Source: Peribolospora baueri
Lineage: Eukaryota
Assembly (NCBI GenBank): GCA_029717555.1
Contig: JAMDHS010000001.1
Location: forward strand, 372,001 to 436,000
Reading direction: 5' to 3'
Length of the DNA stretch: 64,000 nt
Position 1 is the stretch's first letter. Each line of letters opens with the position of its first letter. Both the position numbers and the translations under genes were made by a program. Positions 46,086-57,970 of the stretch are shown here, one piece after another. Under the pieces are notes generated by a model. It was not told the DNA's origin and did no database searches. It saw nothing but the letters and a program-made list of their open reading frames with translations.

Positions 46086-46403
46086 CATCATTGTAGCCCT
46101 CCCCCACTTCTCTTTATGCTTTTTGTACGACACCGGAAGGCGACTGGTATCTTTAATGCGATGCCACAAACAGAAGTTGAGAATGGCAGGATGGCTCGAA
46201 GGTGTTGACGTAGACAATGTGACGTCGAAGCGGCGAAAGACCTCGAGGAAGCTGATGCAGATTATCGAGCTGGAGTCTGGTCTGGTCCCGTCTGATTTTG
46301 TTACTGAAGGTTTCGTGTTGCGATGCTCCTGAGACACGGCACGGCACGGCTGGGCAGCAGTGTCCAGTAGCTCAGAGGACCTAGAAGGCGGTAACATGGA
46401 ATT

Positions 46404-47783
46404 TCAGCTATGACCCTCTTCGTCTTCCCCAGGGCAGTCTCGGAGCATTTCCTCGCCGTTGGCGTACTCGACGCCGCACCAAAAGCAGTAGTTGTGCTGT
46501 TGGCGCAGGTAGGCAAGGGTGAGAGAGAGACGGGTGGGCGCCTAGAAGAGCCACCCGGCACAATCGATGGTTAGCTTTAGCTTTGCTCTCCATGGCGACT
46601 TGGGCCACTGTCATCGCACTCACATCAAGAGACAAAAACTTCGCCACTTCTTCGCGAAGAGAAACCCGATCCTCGGCTTTGTGGTCAAAAGTATGATCAG
46701 TACCAGCATCTTTATCTTCTGAACGAGTGGAAACCGCAAAGAAGCAAGAGTTTGAAACAGCCAGCGGAGGCGGAAGTGACACGACAGCGAGACCTACCAT
46801 CCGACCCAGTAGAGGCTATGACAGGGCTCTCTGACCCTTTCGCGACACTCCGGTCTGGCTCATCCTGATCCTCGGAGATCAGCAGAAACGAAGGAAACGT
46901 CGATGGATCTTGTGGGTCGAGCCAAAGACGATTGAACTTTAAGACAGCAGGAGCAGATTCGAAGCAGATTCACAGATTCAGTCAGCGTCTCTTAGTGAAA
47001 AGAAGCCCAGACGGATAACGAAGTTAAACAGACTTTGACTTCGCTATCCCCACCGGATCGCCTCCGGTCCAGCAACTCGCAGGTCTTTCTGGCGTCTTTG
47101 AGTCTTCCCTCGGCTCTACGCACTGCGTGTTCTCTCGCACTCCTCGCTCGAAAGTCATCTGTAGCGGCCTCCGGGAATGCAGGACTTGTGTCCGCCGATG
47201 CCGACGGCGACAACTTCGTACGTTTCGAAAGATGTCCGACACCCCCACGACCTGTGGCCATATCGGAGAGGAAGAGCAAGCTACTCAAGCTCAGTTTGAA
47301 CGATCACAGAGATGGCCCATGTGCTTTTCAGGACTGACCTGATCGCTGCTCGATACGTATTGGCTCCGCGTTTGAATCTGGATTTTTGCGTCCTAGGTCG
47401 AGGCCTGTGGGATTTGAGGGTGACTCTCGGCGTTGCTTTTTAACCGGCGGACTCTCAGCAGTCTCAAGATTCTGATCAACACTTCTTCCCAACGCCTCGC
47501 CCTGGCGATAACCCATCTTCAATAGCAGCCGCATCGCGACGCTCTGCCCCTCACTGCCTGCCTCCGATTCAAGAAGATTGCGCGCAAGGCCTTGTCTCCG
47601 GCTCTCTTCCTCTCGCTCGCGCTTGCTCTTGATCAGGCCTTTCTCGAGCGAGGCCTTCTCGGCCTGGCGACGACGCTCAGTGTACGTCTGTTGACTGAAT
47701 GCGTGCGATTCCACCGACTGAGCATCTTGCAGGAAGCGATCCGACATGAAATCCTCTTCCTCGTCTGACTCGTGGCCGGCCAT
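46404..47783 (-). CDS. G-patch domain protein with C-terminal DUF4187 (GPATCH11/CMG1-like; multi-exon)
   Basis: EEEDFMSDRFL, G-patch AMRLLLKMGYRQGEALG...GRGGVG, YLRQQHNYCFWCGVEY...CPGEDEEGHS*. Confidence 0.88.
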
Positions 47784-47915
47784 CTTGAGGAGCGTTCAGC
47801 GACGTCTGGCAATCAAAGCAGGTATGAAGCTCTTGTATAAAAGGTCTGGGAAGAAGACAGGGAAGACAGGCGGGTACGTTTTGGGGCCGTGACGGCGAGC
47901 CATCAAGCGGATGGC

Positions 47916-48091
47916 GGTGGACGCGAAAGGTCAGCTAAACTTGAAGGCCCAAACGCCACAGGACGAAATTGTAGTCCGCAGTTGGTGGGAGGCCCTTGGC
48001 AAGAGGGCAATAGTGGGGGGGAAAGCGATTGTGAAGTTCCGAGCGGGTAGGCCTTTGAAAGTGAGAAGGGAGATCGAAGGTCGGACGTAGC
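47916..48091 (+). repeat. Left copy of a ~175-bp direct duplication (partner 55090-55259)
   Basis: GGTGGACGCG...GTCGGACGTAGC in both copies; roughly 90% identical by eye, with a small indel. Confidence 0.92.
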
Positions 48092-48759
48092 TGTAACGCA
48101 CCCAAGATAGGAGATGGAGGAAGACTACTGGGTTCCATGGTGATCGGTTGGGGGCTGCAGTGGATATCACCGCCCTCTACCGACCACGTGACCTAGCCTA
48201 CATGTTGATCTGGGCCCCGTACCGTTGTGGACCACACTCCCCATCGTTCCTCCACGTCCTAGTGTTCATAGCATATATACGCCCCACGTGTATTCCTCAA
48301 TTGTTCACACAAGTCGCGCAGGCGCACGTGATTCACTCATTTCCTCTTACTCCTCCCTTGTTACTAGTCCCCTGAGCCTGGCCCCATGTATATAAGAACA
48401 GGCACTCAGGGCATCCTTGGAGGACGACCTTCACCTTACTACGACCAGCCAAATCGATCCAGTTCTCTTCATCTCGTTTCTCTCTTCTCTGTCTCTATCG
48501 CTTCCGCTGCAACAACTACTCGCTTCCATCCCATTTTCCACGACACGCGTTACATCCCCACCTTAAAAGATGCGTCGACCCGGACGCCCACGAACATGAA
48601 ATGGACGAAAACATGGGGTGAGGGAGAAACATAAAGAGAAAGATGCGAAGTCTGAGCAAAAGGGAGACAAGATGCGTCGGCCTGAACACATGAAAAGGAG
48701 CTGGAAGGGAGCAGCCGAGAGAAGATGTCCTCTTCAGTCCTGGAATTACCGCGTCTTGG

Positions 48760-49160
48760 TGATAGACAAGGGCGACGGTGCGAAGGACTTGGAGGCCGAG
48801 GAGGTTGTCGAAGAAGAGCCTGACGATCTGGAACGCGCCGAAGCCGGGGATGCTGCGCGGCGTGAAAGGTGATGAAGCTGAAGCGGATCTCGAACGATCG
48901 CGGAAAGAGAACCTTGGTGGCTTCGGCCGAGCCGTCGCCTAGGAACCGACGTCCAACGTTGTTGTCGACAAAATCGAAGAAAGGTTGCACCGATCCGGGC
49001 CTCGACTCGAAGAGCTGACGAAACTCGAGGCCGACGGTCTGGATCAGCTCGCCGTGTTGGCAGTTGCGCGTCAGCGCGGCCTGGTTGCCGATGGCCTCCG
49101 AGTCGATCGTGTCCCAGGCCTCGAGCATGGCGCCGACTTGACTCTCGTCGTGGATGGACG
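48760..49160 (-). pseudogene. RFX C-terminal dimerization-domain fragment
   Basis: QVGAMLEAWDTIDSEAIGNQAALTRNCQHGELIQ...; after a frameshift RSIPGFGAFQIVRLFFDNLL, resembling the RFX motif RSAASFGSFHLIRLLYDE. Confidence 0.7.
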
Positions 49161-49599
49161 CCGCAAAGCGCCTATGGGAATTGATACACGCCGATGTAAC
49201 GCAAGAGCAAGTGCCCGAAACGGGCGCCAAACTCGACCTCCGTCCCACCCGCCGAGCTGGGCCGAACCGGGCCCGCTGGGGAAGGCTGGGAGCGTGCGAA
49301 CGGTGACGACGGCCTCCAAACCGTCCTGCCCTCGTCCACCGCCGTGCCGTCCAGCGCGGTGCGAACCGTTTTCCGGCTGCTGCTGCTGCTGCCGCGCTGA
49401 CAAGCGACAACTCTCGTCGCTCGCAGCGCCCGCTCGATGCCGCACCGCGACCGTGCCGACGGTGTGACGGCGGAGGCTGGCGGGAGGGAGCTCGAGCGTG
49501 GTCGTCGAATCCGCGGAGGAGACGACGGCCTTGGTCTCGCGCGACGGCGCGGTCGACGCGACCGAGGGTCCGATGCTGGTAGCGCGGCGGGGCGGGCGT

Positions 49600-50340
49600 C
49601 GGGAATGACGGCGTAGGGCCTTCATGGGCACCACCCGCTGTTGCGGAGGGAGGCGTGCCGCGGCCGGTCGTCGACGCCAAGAGCGAAAGTGAGGGCGTCC
49701 GGAAGGGCCGAACATCCGGCCGGCGCGGGGAAGGCGTCCGCGCTCGAGGTCGAGGGTGAGCGGCGTGGGGGCGACACGCTCGCCGACCGCGCAGGCAGCA
49801 ACTTCTCCCGACGTAGCGCCGGCATTGACGGCGATGGGACGGGGCCCCAGATTGGAGAATAGGAGGCGAGTGGTCGAGGCGTTCACCAGAGCGTGGGCGG
49901 CGAGAATGGTGGCCTTCGGGGCGCGCGGGCGAAACGAGACGGGGAATTGAACGCCGAGGGTTGGATGCGGCCGACGTCCGCTGAGGCGAGTGTGTCGAGG
50001 CCGTATTCGGCGATGACGTCCATCCCAATGCCGATGAGAGGGGCGTAGTTCGGCAAAGGCATGAAACTCGGCTTGAAGCTCTATCTTGACGGGGTCTTTC
50101 GTCTCCGTCACGCCGTCGAGGAACGCAGTCAAAACGGCGGAGCCCTTCGTCTGGTTCGTCCCCAGGCCCTGGACCTGGACGGTGGAAGGCCGCGCGGTGC
50201 CACCCAGCCACCTGAGGAAGGCGGCGGCGATGAAGCTGAGGTACGCCGGTGTCGAGGAGCACACGGGGCCGCGTGAGTTCATGATGCGGACTGAGACGTG
50301 CGCAGGCACGCTCCTGCGGAACTCGTGGCCGCCCCCCGGG
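49600..50340 (-). pseudogene. Retroviral-type aspartic protease fragment
   Basis: VLLDTG...SFIAAAFL...VQVQGLG across frameshifts. Confidence 0.55.
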
Positions 50341-50520
50341 TTGAGCGGGGCACCGTGGTTAGAATGATATCGTCGTGATGGCGGACATGGTCAGAGGCAA
50401 GTGGAAGGGGGCGGCCGGGTTGGAATAGACGGAGTCGGCGGTGGGAGTGACGGGGTCGAGGGGGGTGACGGTGGCTTGCGGGACGTCGAGACCAGAGACG
50501 CCTCCGCCATTGCCGTTCAA

Positions 50521-51351
50521 TCATGGCGCCGGCAAAGGTTGCGGCCGCGCTGTTGGGACATCACAGAACAGGATAAGAGGCGACAGCGCGCAGACGGATC
50601 CGGCCATCCGGTGGTCGCTGTCGTCGTCCTGCTCGTCTTCGCCGTCAGAGGTGACTATGATATCGCACCGCGAGTGGCCGCCCTCTCCGCCACTGCGGCC
50701 CAGGTTGGCTTGCGCGGCGCGGGTGAACGAGCTGAGCACCTCGGCCTCGGTGGACGTCTTGGGACGAATGCTGCAGTAGTGATACTTGGAGTTGCCCCGG
50801 ACGCCCAATCGTCGTGGCTGGATGCGTGGGAAGCACAACCGGACGGCCTTTCCGAACGAGGCGCTGTTGATGCACTGGACGTCGTACTCGACACAGACGA
50901 GCTGGTACAAGTTGTAGAGGCCTTGACGAGAGACGTTGCCCTCTTCGCTAGCCACATAGCTTGCATGCAACCAAGCGTTGACGAAGCCCTGCTGTGCCTC
51001 GTCGGCGGCGCTGCTGGCGACCGCCTTTTCGACCTCGACGGACAAGCGCTCGAGGAACTCGACCCTCACGACGGGCGGCAGAGGGGGCCCGGCGGGGGTG
51101 GGAATAGGATGCAAACCACCGCCGTTGCCGTTGTCGTTGGAAGATTTATACCTCTCCGGGAGAACGCGTTCCAGGGCAGATGTCGCCCGGGCGGCAGCGG
51201 AATCGGCCGCGCTGAGGGGGGGCGGCGGGGCGGCGTCAACGAGGCCGGCGTCGGCGAAAGCCTTCAGACGCACGGTCCGGAGCCGCTCTTCGATCTCCGC
51301 CCGTCGCCTACTCTCGTCGTCGGCGCGGTCTAGTGAGGGCGTGGCCAGCAC
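50521..51351 (-). pseudogene. Uninterrupted ORF with an RFX winged-helix DNA-binding domain (Rfx1/Sak1-like), inside the retroelement mosaic
   Basis: NAWLHASY...NVSRQGLYNLY...INSASFGKAVRLCFPRIQPRRLGVRGNSKYHYCSIRP at ~50761-50985. Confidence 0.88.
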
Positions 51352-51646
51352 TGTCCGCCAAGCTGTCGATGCGCGTCAGCGTCTCCTCGTGCCGTCGGGA
51401 AAAAAAAAAAGCGGAATCCTCGGCCACGGCGCGGACGTGGACCTGGGTCGCCGCCACGAGCTCGCAAAGGCCTTGAAAACGGTCATGTCCGGTGTGTCGC
51501 CTGCGGCCGTAGCGGCCGGGTTCATCGGTCGGACGAGAGACGTGGGGTCCGAGGGACGGGAAGAAGGCCGGCTTGCCCCGACGCGGGCAGGGACATGGTG
51601 GGCGGGTCGACGACCGACGGGCGGACTGGGGAGGGCGTCAAGCGAG

Positions 51647-51761
51647 TGTAACAGAATAAGGTAAGGTGCAAAGGTGGTTTCCCCAAGACGAGCGCCCGGC
51701 GATGGGGAGATGACTACCGTACAGGCGATTCCCAGGGGTTCGGGTCACTCACCCCGTTACA
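51647..51761 (-). mobile_element. Solo mini-LTR (115 bp) of the same family as 38466-38592
   Basis: Reverse complement TGTAACGGGGTGAGTGACCCGA...CGCCTGTACGGTAGTCATCTCCCC...CCTTATTCTGTTACA. Flanks GCGAG/GCGGG, a near-TSD. Confidence 0.88.
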
Positions 51762-51769
51762 GCGGGCTC

Positions 51770-54760
51770 CGTCACCGCGATGGATATCGCCGCCGTCCAC
51801 CGCAGCCTGGCCTACCAAGATTATGTCGTCCGGGACCGTCGTCAACGTCGCTGCCTCCAATGCGTTCGCTTCCGCCTTGAGCTGATCCGGCCGCAACAGC
51901 GCCATGAAGTTCAGCACATTCGTCCGGGTCTTGCCGTTGATGGGTCGCGTGGGCGCCTCCCCCCCTCACAGACGTCGCTCCTGCGCGTCAATGCGTCGGG
52001 TTTGCCCCCCTCCAGGCCCGGTCGATAGGCGGTCGTGAAGTCGAAGTCGGCGAGCTTGGTCGCCCACCGGCTTGGCGGCGGTTGAGAAGGCGTTTCGTGA
52101 CGAACCACATCAGCGCTTTGTGATCGGGACTTCGACGGACGTGACGTTCCCTTCGCAGTATTGCCTCCATTCCAGGAGACACTGCACGATGGCGAGGAGT
52201 TTCTTGTCGTGGATCTCGTAGTTCTGCTCGGCTGGGTTCATCTTGCGGCTGTAGTATGCGATGGGATGGAACAAGCCGGTGTGCTTATCCGCTGGCTCGC
52301 AACACCCGCGATGGCCTGGTCTGACGCGTCAACCCCCGGTAGCGACGGGTCGAAGTGCCTGAGAAGCGGCGCGGACGTGAACCGTTCTTTGAGTTCGTCG
52401 AAGGACGCTTGCGTTCGTCCATCCCAGACCCAAGGCGGGCTCTTCCTGAGCAAGGCCGTGAGGGGCGAGCTTCGCGAACCCACGGATGAACCTCCGATAG
52501 AAATTGGCGAACCCGAGGAAGGCTTGGATGTCGTGCACGTTCCTCGGGACGAGTCAGTCCAGGACCGCCTGAACTTTGCTCTGATCCATCGAGATTCCGG
52601 ACTCATCCTTGAGGCGTTTGCAAAACACGGCGAACATGGTCGTCGTGCTCTCGTGACTGGCTGAGTAGACTAGGAGATCGTCTAAATAGATGATGAGGAA
52701 TGCGTCGAGCATGTCACGGAAGTGGTCGTTCATGAGTCGCTGAAACGACGCTGGCGCGTTGCAGTGGCCGATAGGCATGACCAGGTACTCGTAGCTGCCG
52801 TACTTCGTCTTAAACGCCGTCTTCCACTCGTCACCCTCCCTAGTTCGGAGATTCGCGAAGACGCGGGATTGGCGAAGTCGGTCGAGGAGTTCACTGATGA
52901 GTGGGATCGGGTATCGGGTCTTGGCCGTGATGCGGTTGAGCGTCTTGTAATCTACGCAGAGACGAAGTCCTCCGTCCTTCTTCTTGATGAAGAGTACTGG
53001 AGCTGCTCCAGGCGAGTTTGAGCTCCGAATGAAGCCCTTCGCGAGCATCCCATCCAATACTCCTTCAACATCTGACGTTCTTTCTCAGAGAGCGAATAAA
53101 TCGGGTGATTCGGTATCGTGCACCCTGGAACCAGAACCAGCTCGACTGCATGATCGTAGCTTCAGTGAAGCGGTAGCTGACTCGCTTTCGCCTTCAAGAA
53201 GACGCTCGCGAACTCGTGATGCTTGGACGGGATGAGGGCGCGAATCTCATCCTCGTCCTCGAGGGCGTCCTCCGGGTCTTCGTCGACATCCGCCACGTTG
53301 GCCGTATCCTGGGAGCTACCGAGCTCGACCAGGCTCGTCGTGCTGGCATGTCCTTCCAGCTGCACCAGCTGGTGAAACTCGAGAGCCGAGACGAACCGCA
53401 TATGGGGGCGCTGGAGCTCTGGCTAGCGCGTCATCCCTTGGTTCTGTCCACATTCGCCGGCTTCGTCGGTGTGTCGAATGGGACCATCGCGCCGTCGATC
53501 TGGTATCCTGGTACGACGAAGTCCAGCTGAATCCCGTTGTCGATGAGGAACGGCAAACTCAGCATGAGGTCCCAGCCGCGCGTCGGGGCAACCAAGAATG
53601 TCGCCTCTCTCGACCGCGGACTTCCTGCCAGCTTTACTCGGGCTCGGCACGCTTCAGTGAGCGTGGGTGCTTCCTTCACGGCTCCTCCGAACGGGGTGAC
53701 GGGGACTGGCTCGTTGAGCAAGTGCGCAAAGAGCGCGCCCGGACAAAGTCTTCGGAGACGAAATTCATGGACGCGGCGCAGTCGACCAGCGCCTTCGCGG
53801 GGATGGTCGCCCCGTGTCCCTGTATCTTTACGGTCGTGAACAGCAGCGGGCTGCTCTCCGGCTGGGCTCGCGGGGACGAAAGAGAAACAGAGTTGGATTC
53901 CTCCCCCTTGGTGACTACGTACACCGCATTGACCTTCGCCGCCGAACCCCTGGCCGCCGTCCTGGTGGGGCATTCCTTCGTGACGTGCCCCGGCTTGCCG
54001 CATGTGAAGCATAACCCTTGCTCCTGATACCTCTTCCTCTCCTCCTCACTCAACCGCTTCCGCCGTTCCACCTGGCCGCTGCCTGGCATCGTCGTGTCTG
54101 CCGACCCGACTGACGAGCATGGCAGCGGCGTGGGCCCCTGCAAGGCGATGAGGTCGTCGTGCTTGTCCGGCTCGCCCGTCCTCACCAGCTCGTCTTTGAC
54201 CTCCTCGTTGAGGCCGCTGTAGAACGCCTCGCGGACGCTGTCGTTCCATCCTGTGACTACGGCCAGTCTCCGGAAGTCGGCGGCGTGGACCGCTACCGAG
54301 CGGGTCCCCTGCTTGAGGTGCCGCAACTTGCGTGAGGCCATCCGCATCGCGTCGGGATCGCCGAAAGTTGCCCGAAGCTGCTGGGCGAACAGTTCGAAGT
54401 CGTCGATCCATCCCGGTGGGTGCATGGCCTCCAAATGGGGCTGTGCCCAACGGAACGCGGCGTCGCGCGGGAAGATGGCGTGGGCCACTTTGACTCGTCC
54501 GGCCCTGAACTTGTGGCGTTGCGTCAAGTGGACGAGTCGGAGCTGGCTGAGGAAGTCCTCCAGCTGGCCCTGGGAGGACTGGGCGCCGTCGAACTTGTCG
54601 GGGTTGCTCACGACCACACCCCCGGCGTCACCGTCGATGCTGTACTCTTTGACGACGGTCGGCGCCGTGAGGTTCTCCGGCTGCGAGGGAGCGGGCGTGC
54701 CGCGCCGGGCTGCGCGCTCCTCCTCCAGCTGTCGGAGCTGTTCCCGCTGAGTTTGCACCG
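51770..54760 (-). pseudogene. Frameshifted Ty3/Gypsy gag-protease-RT-RNaseH
   Basis: SNPDKFDG, zinc knuckle [76 protein letters not shown]. Confidence 0.92.
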
Positions 54761-54835
54761 TGAGTGTTGGTGTCGGTCGCGGGAACCGTATGAGAAATGA
54801 GGGGTGGGACTACTGTCGGGGACCGTACTGTCGGT

Positions 54836-55002
54836 TCTGGGTCGGCTCGAAGATGGCGAATTTCGTGAGTCGATCGACGATGACGAGGATGGACATGAAC
54901 CCTTGGCTGTCCGGCAACTGCGTGATGCGGTCCATCGATATCGACGTCCAGGGCAGCTCGGGGACCTCCAACGGTTTCAGCAGGCCCCCAAGGCTTATGC
55001 CG
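54836..55002 (-). pseudogene. Integrase fragment placed upstream of gag
   Basis: RHKP...[45 protein letters not shown]. Confidence 0.8.
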
Positions 55003-55089
55003 TGTAAACTTGGCGCGCATACATTCGTCGCACGTCTACCCTAGCTCCACTCTCTTCGAATAGGGTGATCTGGGCCACGTACCGTTACA

Positions 55090-55259
55090 GGTGGACGCGG
55101 AAGGTCAGCTAAACTTGAAGGCCCAAACGCCACGAGACGAAATTGTAGTCGGCAGGTGGTGGGTGGCCCTTGGCAAGAGGGGCAACAGTGGGGGGGGAAG
55201 CGATTGTGAAGCGGGTAGGCCTTTGAAAGTGAGCAGGGAGATCGAAAGTCGGACGTAGC
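55090..55259 (+). repeat. Right copy of the ~175-bp direct duplication
   Basis: Matches 47916-48091 and begins immediately after the GTTACA element end. Confidence 0.92.
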
Positions 55260-55578
55260 CCTGCTGAGCGACAGCGCTCGGGTCCCCTAAGTCGCACGGG
55301 GCTGCGGTTCGATCCCCGAGGCTGCCGATTTCATTTCCCCTCGGCCGACTTTCCGCTTGCATGCCGTGACGGCATTGCGATGGTGCAGTTAGGGTTACGG
55401 GTCGGCAGTGCGTGCGATGATGTAGCGCGGCGATCGGTTTCCGCCCCTCCACCGAACCACCAACCGACTGACGTCGACCCACGCATCATCGCCCCGCTCT
55501 GACTGACGCCGGCCAAGGCGCCGCGATAAGTTTTGTTGGCCGCGACATTCTTCCGCATCATCGACGATTCATACATTC

Positions 55579-57970
55579 ATGCTGGCCGCCAAGTCACTCA
55601 AGCAAGAGGATGGTAAGTAGCAGCGCGTCATGATGTTGCCCTCAGCCTCCAGAGGAGACGGGCGTCGAATTGCCTTGACGCACATACGCGTTCGGACGTC
55701 ACCGTCGCGCCGTTGTCGCTCTTCCTCTCTTTTGCTCTCACACACTGACTGGCTTCCCGCGTTTGAATGTTTGACTCTCTCGTCGCCCTGTTCTTACTGC
55801 CCTTGTCTTCCTCAGGTCCTTCCGGCGCATCCCGCCCGCCAGACCAGCCCGATCTCAACCGCGTGCCGTCGTCACCGCCGCCAAGGAACCCGAGCAAACA
55901 CGATCTCGAACCAAACCCCTTTGAACAGTCCTTCTCCTCCAAGGGTAAGCCTGACGGTGACGCATCTTCTCACGTCCGACGCCGCTCCGAGGGCTGTGCC
56001 CCTCTCGGTGGCAAGAGCAATGGGGCTGGGAGTGAAGGGGCAGCGCGCAAAGACGAGGAAAGGACCGCTCGGGCCGGGTCGGTAGCCTCGGAGGGCAAGA
56101 AAAGGTTCAAGACAGACACGCCGACTGCACCGTCGCCGAACAGCGCCGTGTCGACGCCGAAGCCGATTCTTCCGCCGCTTGCCTCGATCGCTTCGCCATC
56201 GCCCGCTATCGACGCCGCCCACTATCCGTGGGCTCTGGGGTCTGGTGGATTTACTGGCTCTCTTCGCTCGGGACCTCTCTCACCGGCTATGCTGGCGGGC
56301 CCTCAATCTTCTTCCCTTTCTGGGCCCGGAGGCACCAGCGGAACGACTTTCATGCACTTCGACCCATCGTCATTCCGTTCTGGCTTAACACCGGACATCA
56401 ATGGTCTCCGCACCGGCCTGACTCCTCTAGCGGGCGGGCCAATCTCCTTCCCACCGCCTTCGCCCAATACGGCGGCCTTTTTGGCTATGGTCACCAATTC
56501 TTCCTCCACCGCTCCCTCCTCGTCAGCGACTATTACTCCTAACACTCTCGCCGCTCTCACCGGAGCGCCTGGCTTTCCCGCACCCGGCAGCCAGCACCCT
56601 CTGTCTATCTCCTCGCAACCTCAGCAGCCGCCGGCACCGGCGCCTGACGGACGTAACGACGATGGTGGAAACCAAAACCATTTCGACGCTGCTTTTGCCA
56701 AGTCTACCGCCGGCGTTTTCCGAACCCACCGGGGGCCGGAGTGGAGAGCCCGTTCAGAAGCCAACAGGGGAGAATACGGGTATCACGGGGACGCGGCGGC
56801 CTCTGTATCTGATCCGTCCAGGCAAGAGGCATCAGGTCGTGGAGGACAGATGCATCCGGGGCCTCCTTCAGAGCAGCATCCCTCTCAAGGACAGCCGGTG
56901 GATCAGCAACACACTTCCCGCCCCGAGCCGAGCGCGGACGCCGCGGCGTCGGGTCTGTTCCTTCTCAGCCAAGCGCATCAGGAACTGACCAAGCGCGAAG
57001 ACGCAGCAGCTGCGGCCGCCGCCGCTGCGCAAGCCCTATCCGGAGTCGGCCATCCTCCGTCTGACCCGTCATCTCAAGCGAATAACAGTAAGGCGAACCG
57101 TGGTGGCAAAGGAGGGGCAAAGCCAGGAGGTACCAAAAGGAAAAAAGGAGGCGCTCAAGAAGACGCCAACGGGACCGTCACGAACCGCTCCCAAAACGGG
57201 GCTGCCAATAAGAAGACGCGGACTCGAGCAGCCTCCACCGCTAGCAGCACGTATCCGGATGGCGACGGGGAAGACGGCGAGGAAGATGAGTTGGGAGTTG
57301 GCAAGGAAGGCGGAGATGCCGGCGCGGAGGGAGATGCGAAGAAGGCGGGCGGTGCATCCGGAAAAAAGCTGGAGACTGACGAAGAAAAGCGGAGGAACTT
57401 TTTGGAAAGGAATCGCCAAGGTAAGAACCCGTCGTCTTGTATCTTCGTATGGTTGTGTTGCTTACGAAAATTCATGTGCAACCGCACTGGGGCCATTCTT
57501 CGTTCACACCTCCAGCTGCCCTTAAATGTCGGCAGCGCAAAAAGGCTTGGCTCGCGTCCTTGCAGGCCAAGGTCGAGTACCTCCAAACAGACAACGACAA
57601 TCTGCAGAACACCATCACTGCGCTCCGCGAAGAGGTCATGCATCTTAAAAACCTGTTGCTTGCTCATCGCAACTGCCCTATTAGCCTGGCGTCGGCAGCT
57701 GGCAGTCTCGAGCACGTTCCTGCCCAACATCCGCATGGGCATCCCATGGGCGTCATGCCGATAGGTATTTCTGGTGGCGGCATGGTCCCCTCGGAAGTGA
57801 GCGCCGTCAGTTACTCTGGTCCGCCACCACCTGGTATCCAACCTGGCATGGTGCATCCTCCACCGGGAATGCATGCCCAGTCTGGGCCCATTCCATTCTC
57901 GCACCCGCCTGCCCCACAGTCCATGGGTGTTTCGATGCCCGGCGGCCCCCCGGCACCAGTCCATGGGTAG
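55579..57970 (+). CDS. ATF1: ATF/CREB-family bZIP transcription factor (Atf1/AtfA-like; 3 exons)
   Basis: Exon 1 MLAAKSLKQED|GTAAGT splices in phase to 55816. DLEPNPFEQSF (OSA), SLRSGPLSPAML (HRA), RTGLTP (HRR), bZIP EEKRRNFLERNRQAALKCRQRKKAWL. Confidence 0.92.

Larger units (their letters stand above)
48092..55089 (-). mobile_element. 7-kb mosaic LTR retroelement region
   Basis: LTR 48092-48554 (TGTAACGC...GCGTTACA) preceded on the minus strand by PPT AAGGTGGGGA. Short LTR-like end 55003-55089 shares GATCTGGGCC.CGTACCGTT with 48207-48226. Interior holds gag-pol, protease and RFX fragments. Confidence 0.85.

Noticed and set aside
46123..46332. 69-aa plus-strand ORF as the remnant of a TE-disrupted gene
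   Set aside because: No recognisable homology or upstream exons; lies just downstream of the G-patch gene's stop codon.
48131..48144. GGTTCCATGGTGAT in the LTR as an RFX X-box
   Set aside because: Several mismatches to the GTTGCCATGGCAAC-type consensus; cannot be supported without a PWM scan.
48550..50262. 570-aa minus-strand ORF as a real protein
   Set aside because: A read-through of frameshifted fragments; only short parts (protease motif, RFX segment) are in meaningful frames.
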